Source: an uncultured Chlamydiae bacterium (GTDB lineage Bacteria; Chlamydiota; Chlamydiia; Chlamydiales; JAJFMA01). From it: 64,000 nucleotides of DNA. Under the pieces are notes generated by a model, which made no database searches, was not told where the DNA came from, and saw nothing but the letters and a program-made list of their open reading frames with translations. The stretch lies in NCBI GenBank assembly GCA_963713615.1, contig CAVQMM010000001.1, positions 3,808,001 to 3,872,000 on the forward strand, written 5' to 3'. Positions 29,807-40,414 of the stretch are shown here, in pieces (the stretch's first letter is position 1; each line of letters starts with the position of its first letter). A program made the translations under genes and the position numbers.

Positions 29807-32296
29807 TTATTCGTAGATGAAAAGACGTTTGACACGAGGACCAAGGCACGATACTAGTTGGTGCGCTATGGAGTCGATGCTGTTTGCAAGGTCTTCTGGG
29901 GCCAGGAAGTGTCCTAGGGCATCGTGGCCAAATATGAGAACATCGTCGCCGATATTGGCTTGGGCTAGGTCAGTGACGTCTATCATCATATAGTCCATGC
30001 AGATGTTACCGATCATCGGAGCTCTTTGTCCACGGATAAGGACATGTCCTTTGCCGCTGTATTGGCGATGGAGTCCATCGAAATAGCCTAGTGGTAAGAT
30101 GGCTATGACTTCGTGGTCTCGCTTGGCGCGGTAGCTTCTGCCGTACCCGAGCGTCTCGCCCTTATAGATGTGGTTAATGCCTACAATGCGAGAGGTTAGT
30201 GAAACGGCAAGTTTGAGGTCGATAGCTTGACGAGTGGCTGGCGACCCATGAAGACCATAGATGGCCAATCCCACACGAGCCATATTACAGCCGGGAAGGT
30301 GATGTCGGATACTAGCGGCAGAGTTGGCAGCATGGCACCAGGGAATACTAAATCCATCGGCTTCTAGTGTAGAGATTACCTTCTGAAAACTGTGGTACTG
30401 ATGCTGTGTAAAGGCGTCTTCAGCAGGATTTTCGGCACTTGTAAAGTGTGTCATGACCCCTTCTAGCTTCAACATAGGGTAGGAACGAATGTGTTGAGCT
30501 AAGGAAAGGGCATTTTCAGGGCGGCATCCGAACCTTCCCATGCCTGTATCAATATGGAGATGGACTTTGACCGGCCTATCCTGCTTATGTGCTTCCTCTG
30601 CCAGCGCGGTAACGAGGGTAGGCTCGCTAACACCCACCTCAATATCCCATTTTACAGCCTTACTAGCTTCTGACGGTAGCGCATTAAGGGCAAAAACTGC
30701 TTGTGAGACACCCGCACGTTTGAGGTTGATGCCTTCGTCGAGAAAAGCCACCCCCAAGATATCAACGCCGCACAAACGCAGAAATTTGGCCATGCGCACA
30801 TCAGCAGTCCCATATGCCAGTGCTTTAACGACGGCCATGATGCGCATTCCGCTGGGTAAACATTGTCGAATATTTTCAAGATTGAAGCGTACGGCTTCCA
30901 AATTGATGGTACAGATATTTGGAGCGATATCCTCTCCAAAGGCCTCGACAGCTTCATGCAAAGAAGGTTTTCTGGGACCTTTGAGAAGAATGCAGTCATC
31001 AGGCTTAGAGCTGCGCGAGATTTCCTGAAGCGCTTGCCCTAGTGTGCCATAGCAGTCAATAGGGAGCGCTGATTTAGCCTTTAGACTGTCTATAAGCGGT
31101 GTGAAGTCCTCATTGCCAAATAAAACTAGGGCGTCGACAGCACTGTTTCGGATAGCCTCGCCGATGCGTCGATGACTGTTTGGGCTATTGCCTGAACGCA
31201 GGCCGCCAAAAACGAAGATTTTTCGGCTGTTCGGTGGGGATTCGTCTAGACGTCTAAGAGCGATGTCAACCGATTGAGGGTCGGCACTATAGGGACTATT
31301 GATCAGTGTAGCGCCTTTTGAGCTGTGCCACACTTCGGTACGAGTGGTTTCGAAGCGATAGTCTTGCAGGGCTTGGATGACTCGATCCGCTGGAATGGAG
31401 AGTAAATGAGCCGCTTTAGCTGCGATGGTAATAAGCTCTACATGATGGTGTGCACTGTGAGGAAGCCTACCGTTGTAGATGCGGCCATCGGGAAATGTTA
31501 GGGTATAGCCCACCGCATCTGGGGCTTGCTGGTGTGCAACATGGGCATGTGGAAGCTCTGGCGAAGCAATATTCCAATAAACCGGTTGTTTTGAAAAATC
31601 GAGTGCACGCACGGTAGGAACATCTGGAGCTAACAGCCAGCCGTGTGGTGGGAGCTGTGCCGCCAAGGAGAGCTTTTCACGGGCTATTGTTGTGAGGTTT
31701 TGGAGGGATGCTAGGTGTTGCTCGGCAATATTCGTGACGATGACATGGTCCGGGGCTATCATTGTCGCCAGTGCCGCCATTTCGCCCGGCTGGGAAATTC
31801 CCGCTTCAATAATAGCGATTTGGTGCTCCTTGGCAATGCTGAGGAGACTTATAGCGACGCCAATCTGGCTGTTGAAGGACTCTGGAGAAGCTACTGCTCT
31901 GCAGTGGCCTGTGGCTATCAAGAACAGCAGATCTTTAAGCATTGTTTTACCTAAAGAGCCCGTAATAGCCACGACGGTAGCCTTTCGTTGATTGCGATAA
32001 GAGGCGGCGATCTGTTGCAAAGAAGCTAAGGGATTGTCTACATGGAGAAGCTTGATATCACAAGGGGCATGAGGATGCCAACCCTTATGCACTAATGCAT
32101 ATCGAGCACCTTTATTGGCCGCCTGACAGACGAAGTTGTGGCCATCGCATGAGATACCGGGCAATGCCACGAAAAGACCATTTGCTGAGGAAAGACGGCG
32201 CGAATCGATCACTATCTGATCGATTACAGCAGCGCAGGAGGTATCGCCTCCAGCAGCAGCGAAGCCGGACCATTGTCGTAGATCAAAAGATTCCAT
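29807..32296 (-). CDS. alr: MurF-like ligase / alanine racemase fusion
   Basis: IDSR, AITGSLGKT and SFNSQIG, then AVVKALAYG, IDTGMGRFG and IGNICMD. Confidence 0.92.
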   Translation of the reverse strand: MESFDLRQWSGFAAAGGDTSCAAVIDQIVIDSRRLSSANGLFVALPGISCDGHNFVCQAANKGARYALVHKGWHPHAPCDIKLLHVDNPLASLQQIAASYRNQRKATVVAITGSLGKTMLKDLLFLIATGHCRAVASPESFNSQIGVAISLLSIAKEHQIAIIEAGISQPGEMAALATMIAPDHVIVTNIAEQHLASLQNLTTIAREKLSLAAQLPPHGWLLAPDVPTVRALDFSKQPVYWNIASPELPHAHVAHQQAPDAVGYTLTFPDGRIYNGRLPHSAHHHVELITIAAKAAHLLSIPADRVIQALQDYRFETTRTEVWHSSKGATLINSPYSADPQSVDIALRRLDESPPNSRKIFVFGGLRSGNSPNSHRRIGEAIRNSAVDALVLFGNEDFTPLIDSLKAKSALPIDCYGTLGQALQEISRSSKPDDCILLKGPRKPSLHEAVEAFGEDIAPNICTINLEAVRFNLENIRQCLPSGMRIMAVVKALAYGTADVRMAKFLRLCGVDILGVAFLDEGINLKRAGVSQAVFALNALPSEASKAVKWDIEVGVSEPTLVTALAEEAHKQDRPVKVHLHIDTGMGRFGCRPENALSLAQHIRSYPMLKLEGVMTHFTSAENPAEDAFTQHQYHSFQKVISTLEADGFSIPWCHAANSAASIRHHLPGCNMARVGLAIYGLHGSPATRQAIDLKLAVSLTSRIVGINHIYKGETLGYGRSYRAKRDHEVIAILPLGYFDGLHRQYSGKGHVLIRGQRAPMIGNICMDYMMIDVTDLAQANIGDDVLIFGHDALGHFLAPEDLANSIDSIAHQLVSCLGPRVKRLFIYE

Positions 32297-32335
32297 AGCC
32301 CAGGCAGAATAGCCGATGTCGGCACGAAAGTAAAC

Positions 32336-33355
32336 ATGGACGTTGTGGACAATCCTAACGTAGCGTTAACCAGCCGTTTAAATCACTCGAGTAAGATGGA
32401 TGGCATCACGGGGGGTGTCATGAACGTTATAGATTGGATAGCACATCCAGCTAAGCATATTCTTGTGCAGGCAGATCAGGCAGTCGCGTCCAAGAGTTTT
32501 GTTAACAGGCAGGTGAGTTCCCGATTGTTACTCATTACGTCTATTGGCGCCGCTGCTGTTGAGGCTGTGGGCTGTGCTATAAAAGCTCTTGTCTTGATGA
32601 GTGCGGGTTGGTGCAGGACGACGCTGTGTCTGGTGCTTCGAGGAACCAGTCTACTCACCTGGGCGGTGATTGGCTATCTTTCGAGCGTGACATTGGAGAA
32701 AAGCACCTTTAGGTGGATTCAATTTATTGCTTTCCAAGCCCTGTTAGGCTATGGCAATCCAAAAAGCTGGTGGGCTCAGTGTAAGCTATGGGCTCGTATG
32801 CTGCATGCGATGGGAACCTTTGCCCTTGATGCTGCTGCGATGGCTGACAATATCGAACATCTTGTCAACCGCTTTGCTAGCTGGGAACAAGTCTCTGGGC
32901 AAGTCAGTCGTAGTGTTTCATTAGGGCTCTATGGACTTTTTGCTTCTGTGTCGGTGTGGAACCCGACTAATGCGATTGATAAGTATAATTTATTGGTGGA
33001 AGAGCTTCCCGACCGGAGACCTCTGCATCAGCGAATGATTAAACACTTACAGCAGCATAAGGGATTAGTGGCGACAGCAGGTTTGGTCGGTTTAGGTCTA
33101 TTGGCGCACGTTAGTGCTCCGGGTTATGATACACGCACGCTAGCCGCTCATGAAGGAGCTAAGCAGTTATGGAGCGCTGCTACGGTAGTCACTCAAGCTG
33201 CGGCCGTCGTTAATGAGGTGGTGCTGGATTTTACGGCGAGACCAATCTATCGTTATTGGACTAATCGTCCTGACTATAATGCGTTCAATCAGCTGATACA
33301 CCAATTGTTGCAGGAGCGAATAGCCAAGCCTTCGCAGGGCGCTATTTTTCCTTAA
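32336..33355 (+). CDS. Hypothetical multi-pass membrane protein (paralog of the next ORF)
   Basis: Several hydrophobic segments; start may be ATG 32420. Confidence 0.65.
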   Translation: MDVVDNPNVALTSRLNHSSKMDGITGGVMNVIDWIAHPAKHILVQADQAVASKSFVNRQVSSRLLLITSIGAAAVEAVGCAIKALVLMSAGWCRTTLCLVLRGTSLLTWAVIGYLSSVTLEKSTFRWIQFIAFQALLGYGNPKSWWAQCKLWARMLHAMGTFALDAAAMADNIEHLVNRFASWEQVSGQVSRSVSLGLYGLFASVSVWNPTNAIDKYNLLVEELPDRRPLHQRMIKHLQQHKGLVATAGLVGLGLLAHVSAPGYDTRTLAAHEGAKQLWSAATVVTQAAAVVNEVVLDFTARPIYRYWTNRPDYNAFNQLIHQLLQERIAKPSQGAIFP

Positions 33356-33421
33356 TGAATTCTTAACGACCGTTGGGTATACTCTGTTCCTTTTTTATGT
33401 GGAGAGGAAAGAGGTAGAGCG

Positions 33422-34405
33422 TTGTCATCAATGACAGTGAGTTCTTACGGTTATACCCAATGGTTGCCGGTCATAGGTGGTCCTACAATTGTCTTGATGC
33501 AATATGCAGAGTCGTGTCGGGATAGTAAGAGCGTTTGGCTGGATAAGCAGGTATTATCCAGAGGCGCGTGCGTCGCTGCTGTGGCTACCTCAGCTGTTGA
33601 AGCTTTTGGCCACGCCATTACAACTGTGGGTCTATGCCTCGGACTTACGGGGCGGATTTTGATTCGTGTAGTCAACCGTGGTTTGGCTGGTGCCATCGGT
33701 GCCGTCTGGGGCATGGTTTATGGAAGTCTGTTTACCTTTAGCCTGTCAGTGTGGCTTGGTCGTGTGGTCATGAACGTCTATCTCTTTTCTAGAGATATCA
33801 GTATTGCGTGGAAGCACTGGATGGAGCGGACTATTGCTTGTGCAGACCTATTTTGGGTAGGCGTAAGATTGTGGGCATTGGCTGGTAAGATTGATGAGAC
33901 TCTCAGCATTCCATTTAATCAAGAATGTTGCATGCATCACCTAGGGCTGACTTGGAGCCATCTGGCGTTTTCATGTGCTGGTGCATTAGTCAGCTTTGTC
34001 AGTCCGGATATCGTGATACGTAGTTGTAAGGGACATGAATTAGGACGCTCTGTGCCTGCTCCATTTTTGCGGCAACGTATTTGGAAGCTGATTTCTAGGC
34101 ATAAGGCAGTCTCTCTTTCTTGTATGGCTATGATGGCTATAGGTACTGACTATCTCTTGACGAAGCCTAAAAGCGTACATGCATATGCGACCAGGATTAC
34201 GTCAAAGATGAGTGATGTAGGATCTGTTACCATTAGCTGGACTTTTGGTTTGCTAGTTGATATCCCGACGATCATTTCAAACCTGTCGATATACCTCAAG
34301 GAAAGCCTCGTAAAAATTAAGCATGAGAATGAGCTGAACGCAATTCAGTTACATGAAAAAACGGGCAAGTACCCCTCTGGTTATGAATATCTGGCATTGA
34401 ATTGA
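33422..34405 (+). CDS. Hypothetical multi-pass membrane protein
   Basis: Shares SKS...QV.SR.....AVEA.G.AI with the upstream ORF. Confidence 0.65.
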   Translation: MSSMTVSSYGYTQWLPVIGGPTIVLMQYAESCRDSKSVWLDKQVLSRGACVAAVATSAVEAFGHAITTVGLCLGLTGRILIRVVNRGLAGAIGAVWGMVYGSLFTFSLSVWLGRVVMNVYLFSRDISIAWKHWMERTIACADLFWVGVRLWALAGKIDETLSIPFNQECCMHHLGLTWSHLAFSCAGALVSFVSPDIVIRSCKGHELGRSVPAPFLRQRIWKLISRHKAVSLSCMAMMAIGTDYLLTKPKSVHAYATRITSKMSDVGSVTISWTFGLLVDIPTIISNLSIYLKESLVKIKHENELNAIQLHEKTGKYPSGYEYLALN

Positions 34406-34407
34406 TA

Positions 34408-35496
34408 CTATCGCATGCGGGCATACGCATAGACGGACAACGCAACAGCTAATAGCGTTGGAGCTATGAGAGTTGTCGTTGGCGATGCCAGCTGGCTGTG
34501 AGTCAAGGTGTGTCCAACACTCAGTAATATGAAGAAAGCAAAAATTCCGAAGATCGCCGCTGCGAAGACAAAAAAGACCCTCAAAGGTCTTCGGTGGGCT
34601 ACGCAAAAGGGTGCGGGGGCGAGTAATGCAATCATGCAGAGCCATGGAATAGCCATCTTTTTATAAAATGCCGCTTCGATGACAGCTCTTTCATGGCTTA
34701 TATGAGAGGACGGGGTGTCATTTTGCGTTTGCCATCGCGATGGTAGTCGTTCCCACAGCTGTGTCAGCGACCTTTCCGAGGGTGTGGTCAGTTTTTCTGA
34801 GAGCTCTGTTAAATCAAAGTGCATTTCGGGAAAGGTCAAGTCCGCGACCATCTCAGTGGGCAATAGGCGTCCCTGACCATCGCGGACAAGATGCTGTACA
34901 AAATGACCTGTCGGCGGAAAAGGTTCCGGGGTGATGTATTTGATGCGATAGATGTCATTGAATGACTTTAGCCAATAGCATTGAAAGAAACGCTCTCGCG
35001 CGCGGTCATAGGTCAAGTAAAGAAGAGTGCTGCCATCTTTCAGGTTGATTTTGTGAACAGTGCGGTCGTTGTCAGGGGCTCTCTCAAGAGAGTGCAGATC
35101 TTCCAGACCATTGATCCACTGTAGCGATTGGGGCAGCAGCCATTGTGTATTAACGTAGGCTAAGGAGGTGGCTAGAAGGCCTACCCACACCAGCGGAAGA
35201 AGAAGGCGTGGCATAGAATATCCTGAGGCTCGCATCGCCACAAGCTCCTGACGCAGGTTGGACTGGCACAAAGTCTTCATACCCGCTATCAGCAATGCGA
35301 AAGGCATAAGGACGTCCAAACGCTCGATAAACATATAGAGGTAATATTGGCTGAGTTCACTCAGATTAAGGCCCAGGCTGCTTGCGCGGCTTGTGTAATC
35401 GATGAGGACATAGAGACCGAAGAGGCAACCTAACACTAGGGCAAAGACTTTAAGAAGTTCTTTGAGGAAATAGCGGTGGAGAATGGTGAGTTTCAT
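34408..35496 (-). CDS. lptG: LptF/LptG (YjgP/YjgQ) LPS export permease
   Basis: ILHRYFLKE and ELVAMRASG motifs; paired with the next gene. The F/G assignment is by order only. Confidence 0.82.
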   Translation of the reverse strand: MKLTILHRYFLKELLKVFALVLGCLFGLYVLIDYTSRASSLGLNLSELSQYYLYMFIERLDVLMPFALLIAGMKTLCQSNLRQELVAMRASGYSMPRLLLPLVWVGLLATSLAYVNTQWLLPQSLQWINGLEDLHSLERAPDNDRTVHKINLKDGSTLLYLTYDRARERFFQCYWLKSFNDIYRIKYITPEPFPPTGHFVQHLVRDGQGRLLPTEMVADLTFPEMHFDLTELSEKLTTPSERSLTQLWERLPSRWQTQNDTPSSHISHERAVIEAAFYKKMAIPWLCMIALLAPAPFCVAHRRPLRVFFVFAAAIFGIFAFFILLSVGHTLTHSQLASPTTTLIAPTLLAVALSVYAYARMR

Positions 35497-36644
35497 GCTT
35501 CTCTTCCCTGGCTAATGCGTCGAAGAGCTTGACAGCAGAGGCCAATAATAACGAGATGAGGTAGCATGTATAGCGTCAAAGACGCTGAACAGTAGGTGTG
35601 GAGGCTCTTAGCTGTAAAAAAACACATCAGATAGGCAGCGCTTAGACCAAGAACCCAGAAGATGCCCTTTTGCATATGCCGTGGAGAAACATTGGTGCCA
35701 AAGGCTATGCCCATCAGCGTAAAGCTAAAGACCGCTATGGCCAAAGATAGCCGTCGTACAATTTCCGAATAACAGCCTCCTAGCTTCTTCTTTAGCTTGC
35801 TAATGATCTTCTTGGAATGGCCTTGTTCAATGGCATCAGTAATTTCACCGCTGTATTCTTGGGTGCGCAGACGTAGCAATGACATCTTCAGATAATCGTC
35901 TTTGGGCGTCCAAGCCCCTCTGCCCATAAAGAGCGATAGATCCCACGTAGGGAATGTAAAAGTAGCCGCATTTTCGATGACTAGGCGGTCTTGGCCATCC
36001 GTTTCCTTGCTCTTAAGACCGGAAATGAGCGTGACATTACGACCAAAAAGCGCTACATCAATGGTGCTTAGTTCACTGGCCATGAGAAGGTCGATACCCT
36101 TGCTGCGCTTATTATAGAGGGCGATAATGAGGTCGTGAGCTTGTTCGCCGGACTTAAAGCCTCCATCAGCTTGGGCATAGATGCCCTTAAGCCTGGTGAG
36201 CTTTTCATTTTGCAGCAGAATCAGCGGATTGAGCGCTTTAATCTCACGTTTGAGGACACGTTTCATGAGGTGTGAGTGGGTGGCTAGTTCCGAAATGATA
36301 TAAAAGTTCGCGATACTTAATAGTGCAGCCATAAGTAGCAGGGGCGTGGCGACGTGAGCCAGACTATACCCACAGGCCCTCAAAGCTGTAAGTTCCGAAC
36401 TGTCGGAAAGACGTTGCATCAGAATAATTGTGGAGATGAGCGCCGAGATAGGAATGGCTATCGGTAGGATATAGGGAATCTGAAAGAGGATGAAGCGCAA
36501 AAGATAAGGCAGTGACGCTCCCAACGAGGCAAACTGGGCTATTTCATCCATGCGCGTTGTAAGAAGCACAGCTACAAAGGAAATAACGCAGAGCGCCAAA
36601 ACCTTGAGGTATTGTCCAAGCAGAAATCGCCAGACCGTCGGCAT
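35493..36644 (-). CDS. lptF: LptF/LptG (YjgP/YjgQ) LPS export permease
   Basis: IPYILPIAIP and RLSDSSELTALRACG motifs. Confidence 0.82.
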   Translation of the reverse strand: MPTVWRFLLGQYLKVLALCVISFVAVLLTTRMDEIAQFASLGASLPYLLRFILFQIPYILPIAIPISALISTIILMQRLSDSSELTALRACGYSLAHVATPLLLMAALLSIANFYIISELATHSHLMKRVLKREIKALNPLILLQNEKLTRLKGIYAQADGGFKSGEQAHDLIIALYNKRSKGIDLLMASELSTIDVALFGRNVTLISGLKSKETDGQDRLVIENAATFTFPTWDLSLFMGRGAWTPKDDYLKMSLLRLRTQEYSGEITDAIEQGHSKKIISKLKKKLGGCYSEIVRRLSLAIAVFSFTLMGIAFGTNVSPRHMQKGIFWVLGLSAAYLMCFFTAKSLHTYCSASLTLYMLPHLVIIGLCCQALRRISQGREA

Positions 36645-36744
36645 GAGAGCTACTTTGCTAGAGTCGGAATATTTGAGAGATTGAGAATACATTAAAACGA
36701 CGATTTGCTACAATGACTGATCGCAATTAGAGACTTATGCACGC

Positions 36745-37743
36745 ATGGACTTAACAAATCGCCTGCTGACGCAGGTAGCTACATTTTTGCAGACTTTCCT
36801 CGATTCCAACAGGCCTGTGGTTCTAGGGCTATCCGGTGGTGTAGATTCCTTGGCTCTGTTTCATTTGCTGCTCGCCTATCGAAAAAAGGGACGGCTGGAC
36901 CTTCGCGTAGCCCACATTGACCATCGCTGGCGCCCGGAGAGTGAGCATGAGGCTGCCGCTCTTGAGAAATTAGCTCATCGTGAAGAGATTCCTTTCTATC
37001 TGGAAGTTCTTCAAGGCGGGCGTCCATCACGAAATGCTGAAGATATCGCGCGACAAGCTCGCCTGGACTTTTTTGAACGCTTATGCCAGCAGATTGAGAG
37101 CCAGGCTGTGCTGTTGGGTCACCATGCAGACGATTTAGCCGAGACGACGCTAAAACGTTTGTTTGAAGGGGCTTCCTTGACACATGGCGCTGCCATGCGA
37201 CCGACGACTTGGGTAGGTTCGGTGCGGCTATGGCGTCCATTATTGAAAGTGACCAAGCGAGACCTGGCGGCCTGGTTACAGCAGCAATCTATTATACCTT
37301 TTGAAGATAGCACCAATCACGATCCGCATTTCTTGCGCACACGTATGCGGCAAGACATTTTACCAATGCTTTCTCAGAGCTTCGGTAAAGAGGTGACAAC
37401 CTCCTTGTGTGCTATTGCTGATGAGTGTCAGGATATCAAAGCTAATCTGACCTGGAGGTTGGATCACTGGCTAGGGTTGATTCAGCAAGATGAGCAGGGG
37501 CATAGCCTTGACTGTACTGGTCAAGGGGTTTTGGATAATGTAGAGGTCAAGTTTTTGATCCGGTATCTTTGTGAATGCGAGGGGTTTGTCTTGTCGCGTC
37601 AGGCGTTAGAGACTGCTTGTGAGATGTTTTTGCTACGCAAGGCTAATCGAAAAGTTGCCATGGGAAAGAATGTGCTGTCTATCGATCGGGGTGTGTTGCG
37701 GGCTAGAGGAGCCACGGATGTAGAGAGTAAGAAGCGGAGTTAG
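36745..37743 (+). CDS. tilS: tRNA(Ile)-lysidine synthetase
   Basis: SGGVDS PP-loop, GHHADDLAET, RPLL and EDSTN motifs. Confidence 0.96.
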   Translation: MDLTNRLLTQVATFLQTFLDSNRPVVLGLSGGVDSLALFHLLLAYRKKGRLDLRVAHIDHRWRPESEHEAAALEKLAHREEIPFYLEVLQGGRPSRNAEDIARQARLDFFERLCQQIESQAVLLGHHADDLAETTLKRLFEGASLTHGAAMRPTTWVGSVRLWRPLLKVTKRDLAAWLQQQSIIPFEDSTNHDPHFLRTRMRQDILPMLSQSFGKEVTTSLCAIADECQDIKANLTWRLDHWLGLIQQDEQGHSLDCTGQGVLDNVEVKFLIRYLCECEGFVLSRQALETACEMFLLRKANRKVAMGKNVLSIDRGVLRARGATDVESKKRS

Positions 37744-37749
37744 GATTTA

Positions 37750-38025
37750 GGAGTTAGGATTTTTTTACCGCCGAGGCGCAGAGACGCCGAGATAGGAGAG
37801 AGAGGGACAGGTGCTCAATCTAACTTTTTTTGTTAAATTGAGGACCTGTTCGGGTAATGCTGGCTCTGGACAAAGTCCTGTCTAAGGGCTCTACAGAATC
37901 ATATTTCTACGGGAACCCTTAGACTGGATTTTGTCCAGAGCCAGCAGTAACTGAACATTCTCTCCTAATCCTCTCTCTCCTATCTCGGCGTCTCTGCGCC
38001 TCGGCGGTGAAAAAATCCTAACTCC
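37750..38025. repeat. Nested inverted-repeat element between convergent tilS and fcl
   Basis: Outer arms GGAGTTAGGATTTTTT-ACCGCCGAGGCGCAGAGACGCCGAGATAGGAGAGAGAGG; inner arms TGCTGGCTCTGGACAAA.TCC.GTCTAAGGG. Confidence 0.85.
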
Positions 38026-38032
38026 TCTCCTC

Positions 38033-39010
38033 TTAACTCTTCCTTCCTAGATCGACTTCTGCGTAGGTGCGACGTAAGCCCTCAGTCAATGGTGTGGAGG
38101 CTGTCCAGCCTAGCGCATTGATTCGCGACACATCAGTCACCTTGCGCGGTGTTCCGTCAGGCTTGCTACTGTCCCACACAAAGCGTCCTGAATAGCCTAC
38201 CGTCTGAGCGATTACGATAGCCAGCTCGGCGATGGTTAAATCCTCGCCACAGCCAACGTTTACAAGAGGCGCATGGGGTAGTTTGGGGTTAACCAGAGCG
38301 TCATATTGCGAGTCGGGAAGATTACATAAAAATATCGCTGCTTGAGCTAGGTCAGGGCCATAGAGAAACTCGCGACGTGCTTTCCCTGTGCCCCACAACA
38401 CAACCTCTGATGCCCTATCCATTTTTGCGTTATGCATCTTGCGCATTAATGCTGGTATGACATGGGAGTTTTCTAGGTCGTAATTATCTCCAGGACCATA
38501 GAGGTTGGTAGGCATCAAGGCGATATAGCGTGTGCCAAATTGGCGATTGTAAGACCAGCACATTTCAATCCCAGCGATCTTAGCAACTGCGTAAGGGCGA
38601 TTGGTGGGTTCTAAGGGACCAGACAAAAGATATTCTTCGCGCATGGGTTGAGGACAATCTCTAGGATAGATGCATGTTGATCCCAGAAAAATCAGCCTTT
38701 TAACATTGTGTTGTCTGGCTACCTCGATGAGGTTGCTCTGGATCATCAGATTCTTGTAGATGAAGTCAGCTGGATAGATATTATTGGCATGGATACCACC
38801 AACCTTGGCCGCTGCGATGAACAGAAATTCGGGTTTTTCTTCGGCAAAGAGCTTCCGCACGACGGCCTGATCTGTCAGATCGGCTTCTTTGGAAGAATAG
38901 CCGATCACATGATGATAGCCCAGGGACTTTAATTCGCGAGTTATTGCCGATCCAACCAACCCTTGGTGACCAGCGACATAAATTTTGGCATCTAACGGCA
39001 TGTAAGGCAT
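38033..39010 (-). CDS. fcl: GDP-L-fucose synthase
   Basis: VAGHQGLVGSA, AAKVGGIHAN, YAVAK and KPDGTPRK motifs; AGGAGGA before ATG 39010. Confidence 0.96.
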   Translation of the reverse strand: MPYMPLDAKIYVAGHQGLVGSAITRELKSLGYHHVIGYSSKEADLTDQAVVRKLFAEEKPEFLFIAAAKVGGIHANNIYPADFIYKNLMIQSNLIEVARQHNVKRLIFLGSTCIYPRDCPQPMREEYLLSGPLEPTNRPYAVAKIAGIEMCWSYNRQFGTRYIALMPTNLYGPGDNYDLENSHVIPALMRKMHNAKMDRASEVVLWGTGKARREFLYGPDLAQAAIFLCNLPDSQYDALVNPKLPHAPLVNVGCGEDLTIAELAIVIAQTVGYSGRFVWDSSKPDGTPRKVTDVSRINALGWTASTPLTEGLRRTYAEVDLGRKS

Positions 39011-39024
39011 AGAAGAATCTCCTC

Positions 39025-40134
39025 CTAAGCTCCGACTGTTGCAGCGGGAGCGGACAGCCCCTGATGCTGCATGGCGTGATGAAGATCTGCCCGGACCATT
39101 TCGGACACGAGTTCCGAGAATGTTGTTTGTGGAGTCCATCCCAAAAGTTTCTTGGCCTTGCTGTTGTCACCAAGAAGCGTCTCAACTTCCGTAGGACGAA
39201 AATAGTTGGGATCGACCTGGATGACAGGCTGACCATGAAGGCGGGCTCCTCGCCCATGTAGACAGCGGGCAAGGCCCACTTCGTCGGAGCCTTCCCCGGT
39301 CCATTCGATATCGATATCCAGCTCACCAAAAGCTCTTTCAGCAAACTCCCGAACCGAATGTTGCTCGCCGGTGGAAATAACAAAATCCTCAGGAGTAGCT
39401 TGTTGAAGCATCAGCCACTGAGCTTCGACATAATCACGGGCATGACCCCAATCGCGCAGGGCATTAAGGTTGCCGAGGTATAGACAGGCTTGCGAACCTA
39501 GGTAAATGTTCGCGACAGCTTGGGTGATCTTGCGGGTAACAAAGGTTTCCCCACGCCTTGGAGATTCGTGATTAAATAGAATGCCGTTGCAGGCAAACAT
39601 GTTATACGCTTCGCGATAGTTGATCGTCATCCAGTAGGCGTATAGTTTGGCTGCTGCATAAGGCGATCGCGGATAATGCGGAGTACTCTCACGTTGGGGA
39701 ATTTCTTGCACAAGGCCATAAAGCTCCGAAGTCGACGCCTGGTAGAAGCGCGTTTTGTTCTCAAGTCCTAGAATGCGAATGGCTTCAAGCAGACGCAACG
39801 GACCCATTGCGCAAGTATTTGCCGTGTATTCCGGGTTAGCAAAGGAAACCTTCACATGACTTTGTGCTGCGAGGTTGTAAACTTCATCTGGTTGAATCTG
39901 CTGAACCACTCGAATTAAGCTAGTTGCATCGGTAAGGTCGGCATAGTGTAAAAAAAAGCGCTGGCCTGGTGTATGCGGATCCTGATATAGGTGATCAATA
40001 CGGGACGTGTTAATGATCGATGAATTGCGCTTGATGCCGTGAACCTGGTATCCTTTGGAGAGGAGCAGTTCAGCCAGATAAGAGCCATCCTGGCCTGTTA
40101 TTCCCGTGATGAGGGCGCACTTTTTATGAACCAT
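39025..40134 (-). CDS. gmd: GDP-mannose 4,6-dehydratase
   Basis: [23 protein letters not shown] and [16 protein letters not shown] motifs. Confidence 0.97.
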   Translation of the reverse strand: MVHKKCALITGITGQDGSYLAELLLSKGYQVHGIKRNSSIINTSRIDHLYQDPHTPGQRFFLHYADLTDATSLIRVVQQIQPDEVYNLAAQSHVKVSFANPEYTANTCAMGPLRLLEAIRILGLENKTRFYQASTSELYGLVQEIPQRESTPHYPRSPYAAAKLYAYWMTINYREAYNMFACNGILFNHESPRRGETFVTRKITQAVANIYLGSQACLYLGNLNALRDWGHARDYVEAQWLMLQQATPEDFVISTGEQHSVREFAERAFGELDIDIEWTGEGSDEVGLARCLHGRGARLHGQPVIQVDPNYFRPTEVETLLGDNSKAKKLLGWTPQTTFSELVSEMVRADLHHAMQHQGLSAPAATVGA

Positions 40135-40414
40135 GTGGTCCTCCTAAGAATGAGTTGGTAGAAAAGGTTCAAAAGATGGCTATGGCACACCATAAAAACA
40201 GCAGCAGCGTAACTCTGAACTCTATTATTTCGCCAGCGGAAAACGCAGAGCAAAGCTGTCTTTTCGACCGGTGGTTGTGGAGGGTGTTGAATGGTGCAAG
40301 TTACCGGTTGAAGCCGAATACTTTATGTGATATAATTAATAGTTAGCCCAGGTCTGGGCGCCGAGCAGGCCTTTTAGGCATGCTCGTAAATCTCCTCGTG
40401 ATTGATAGGTAGCT

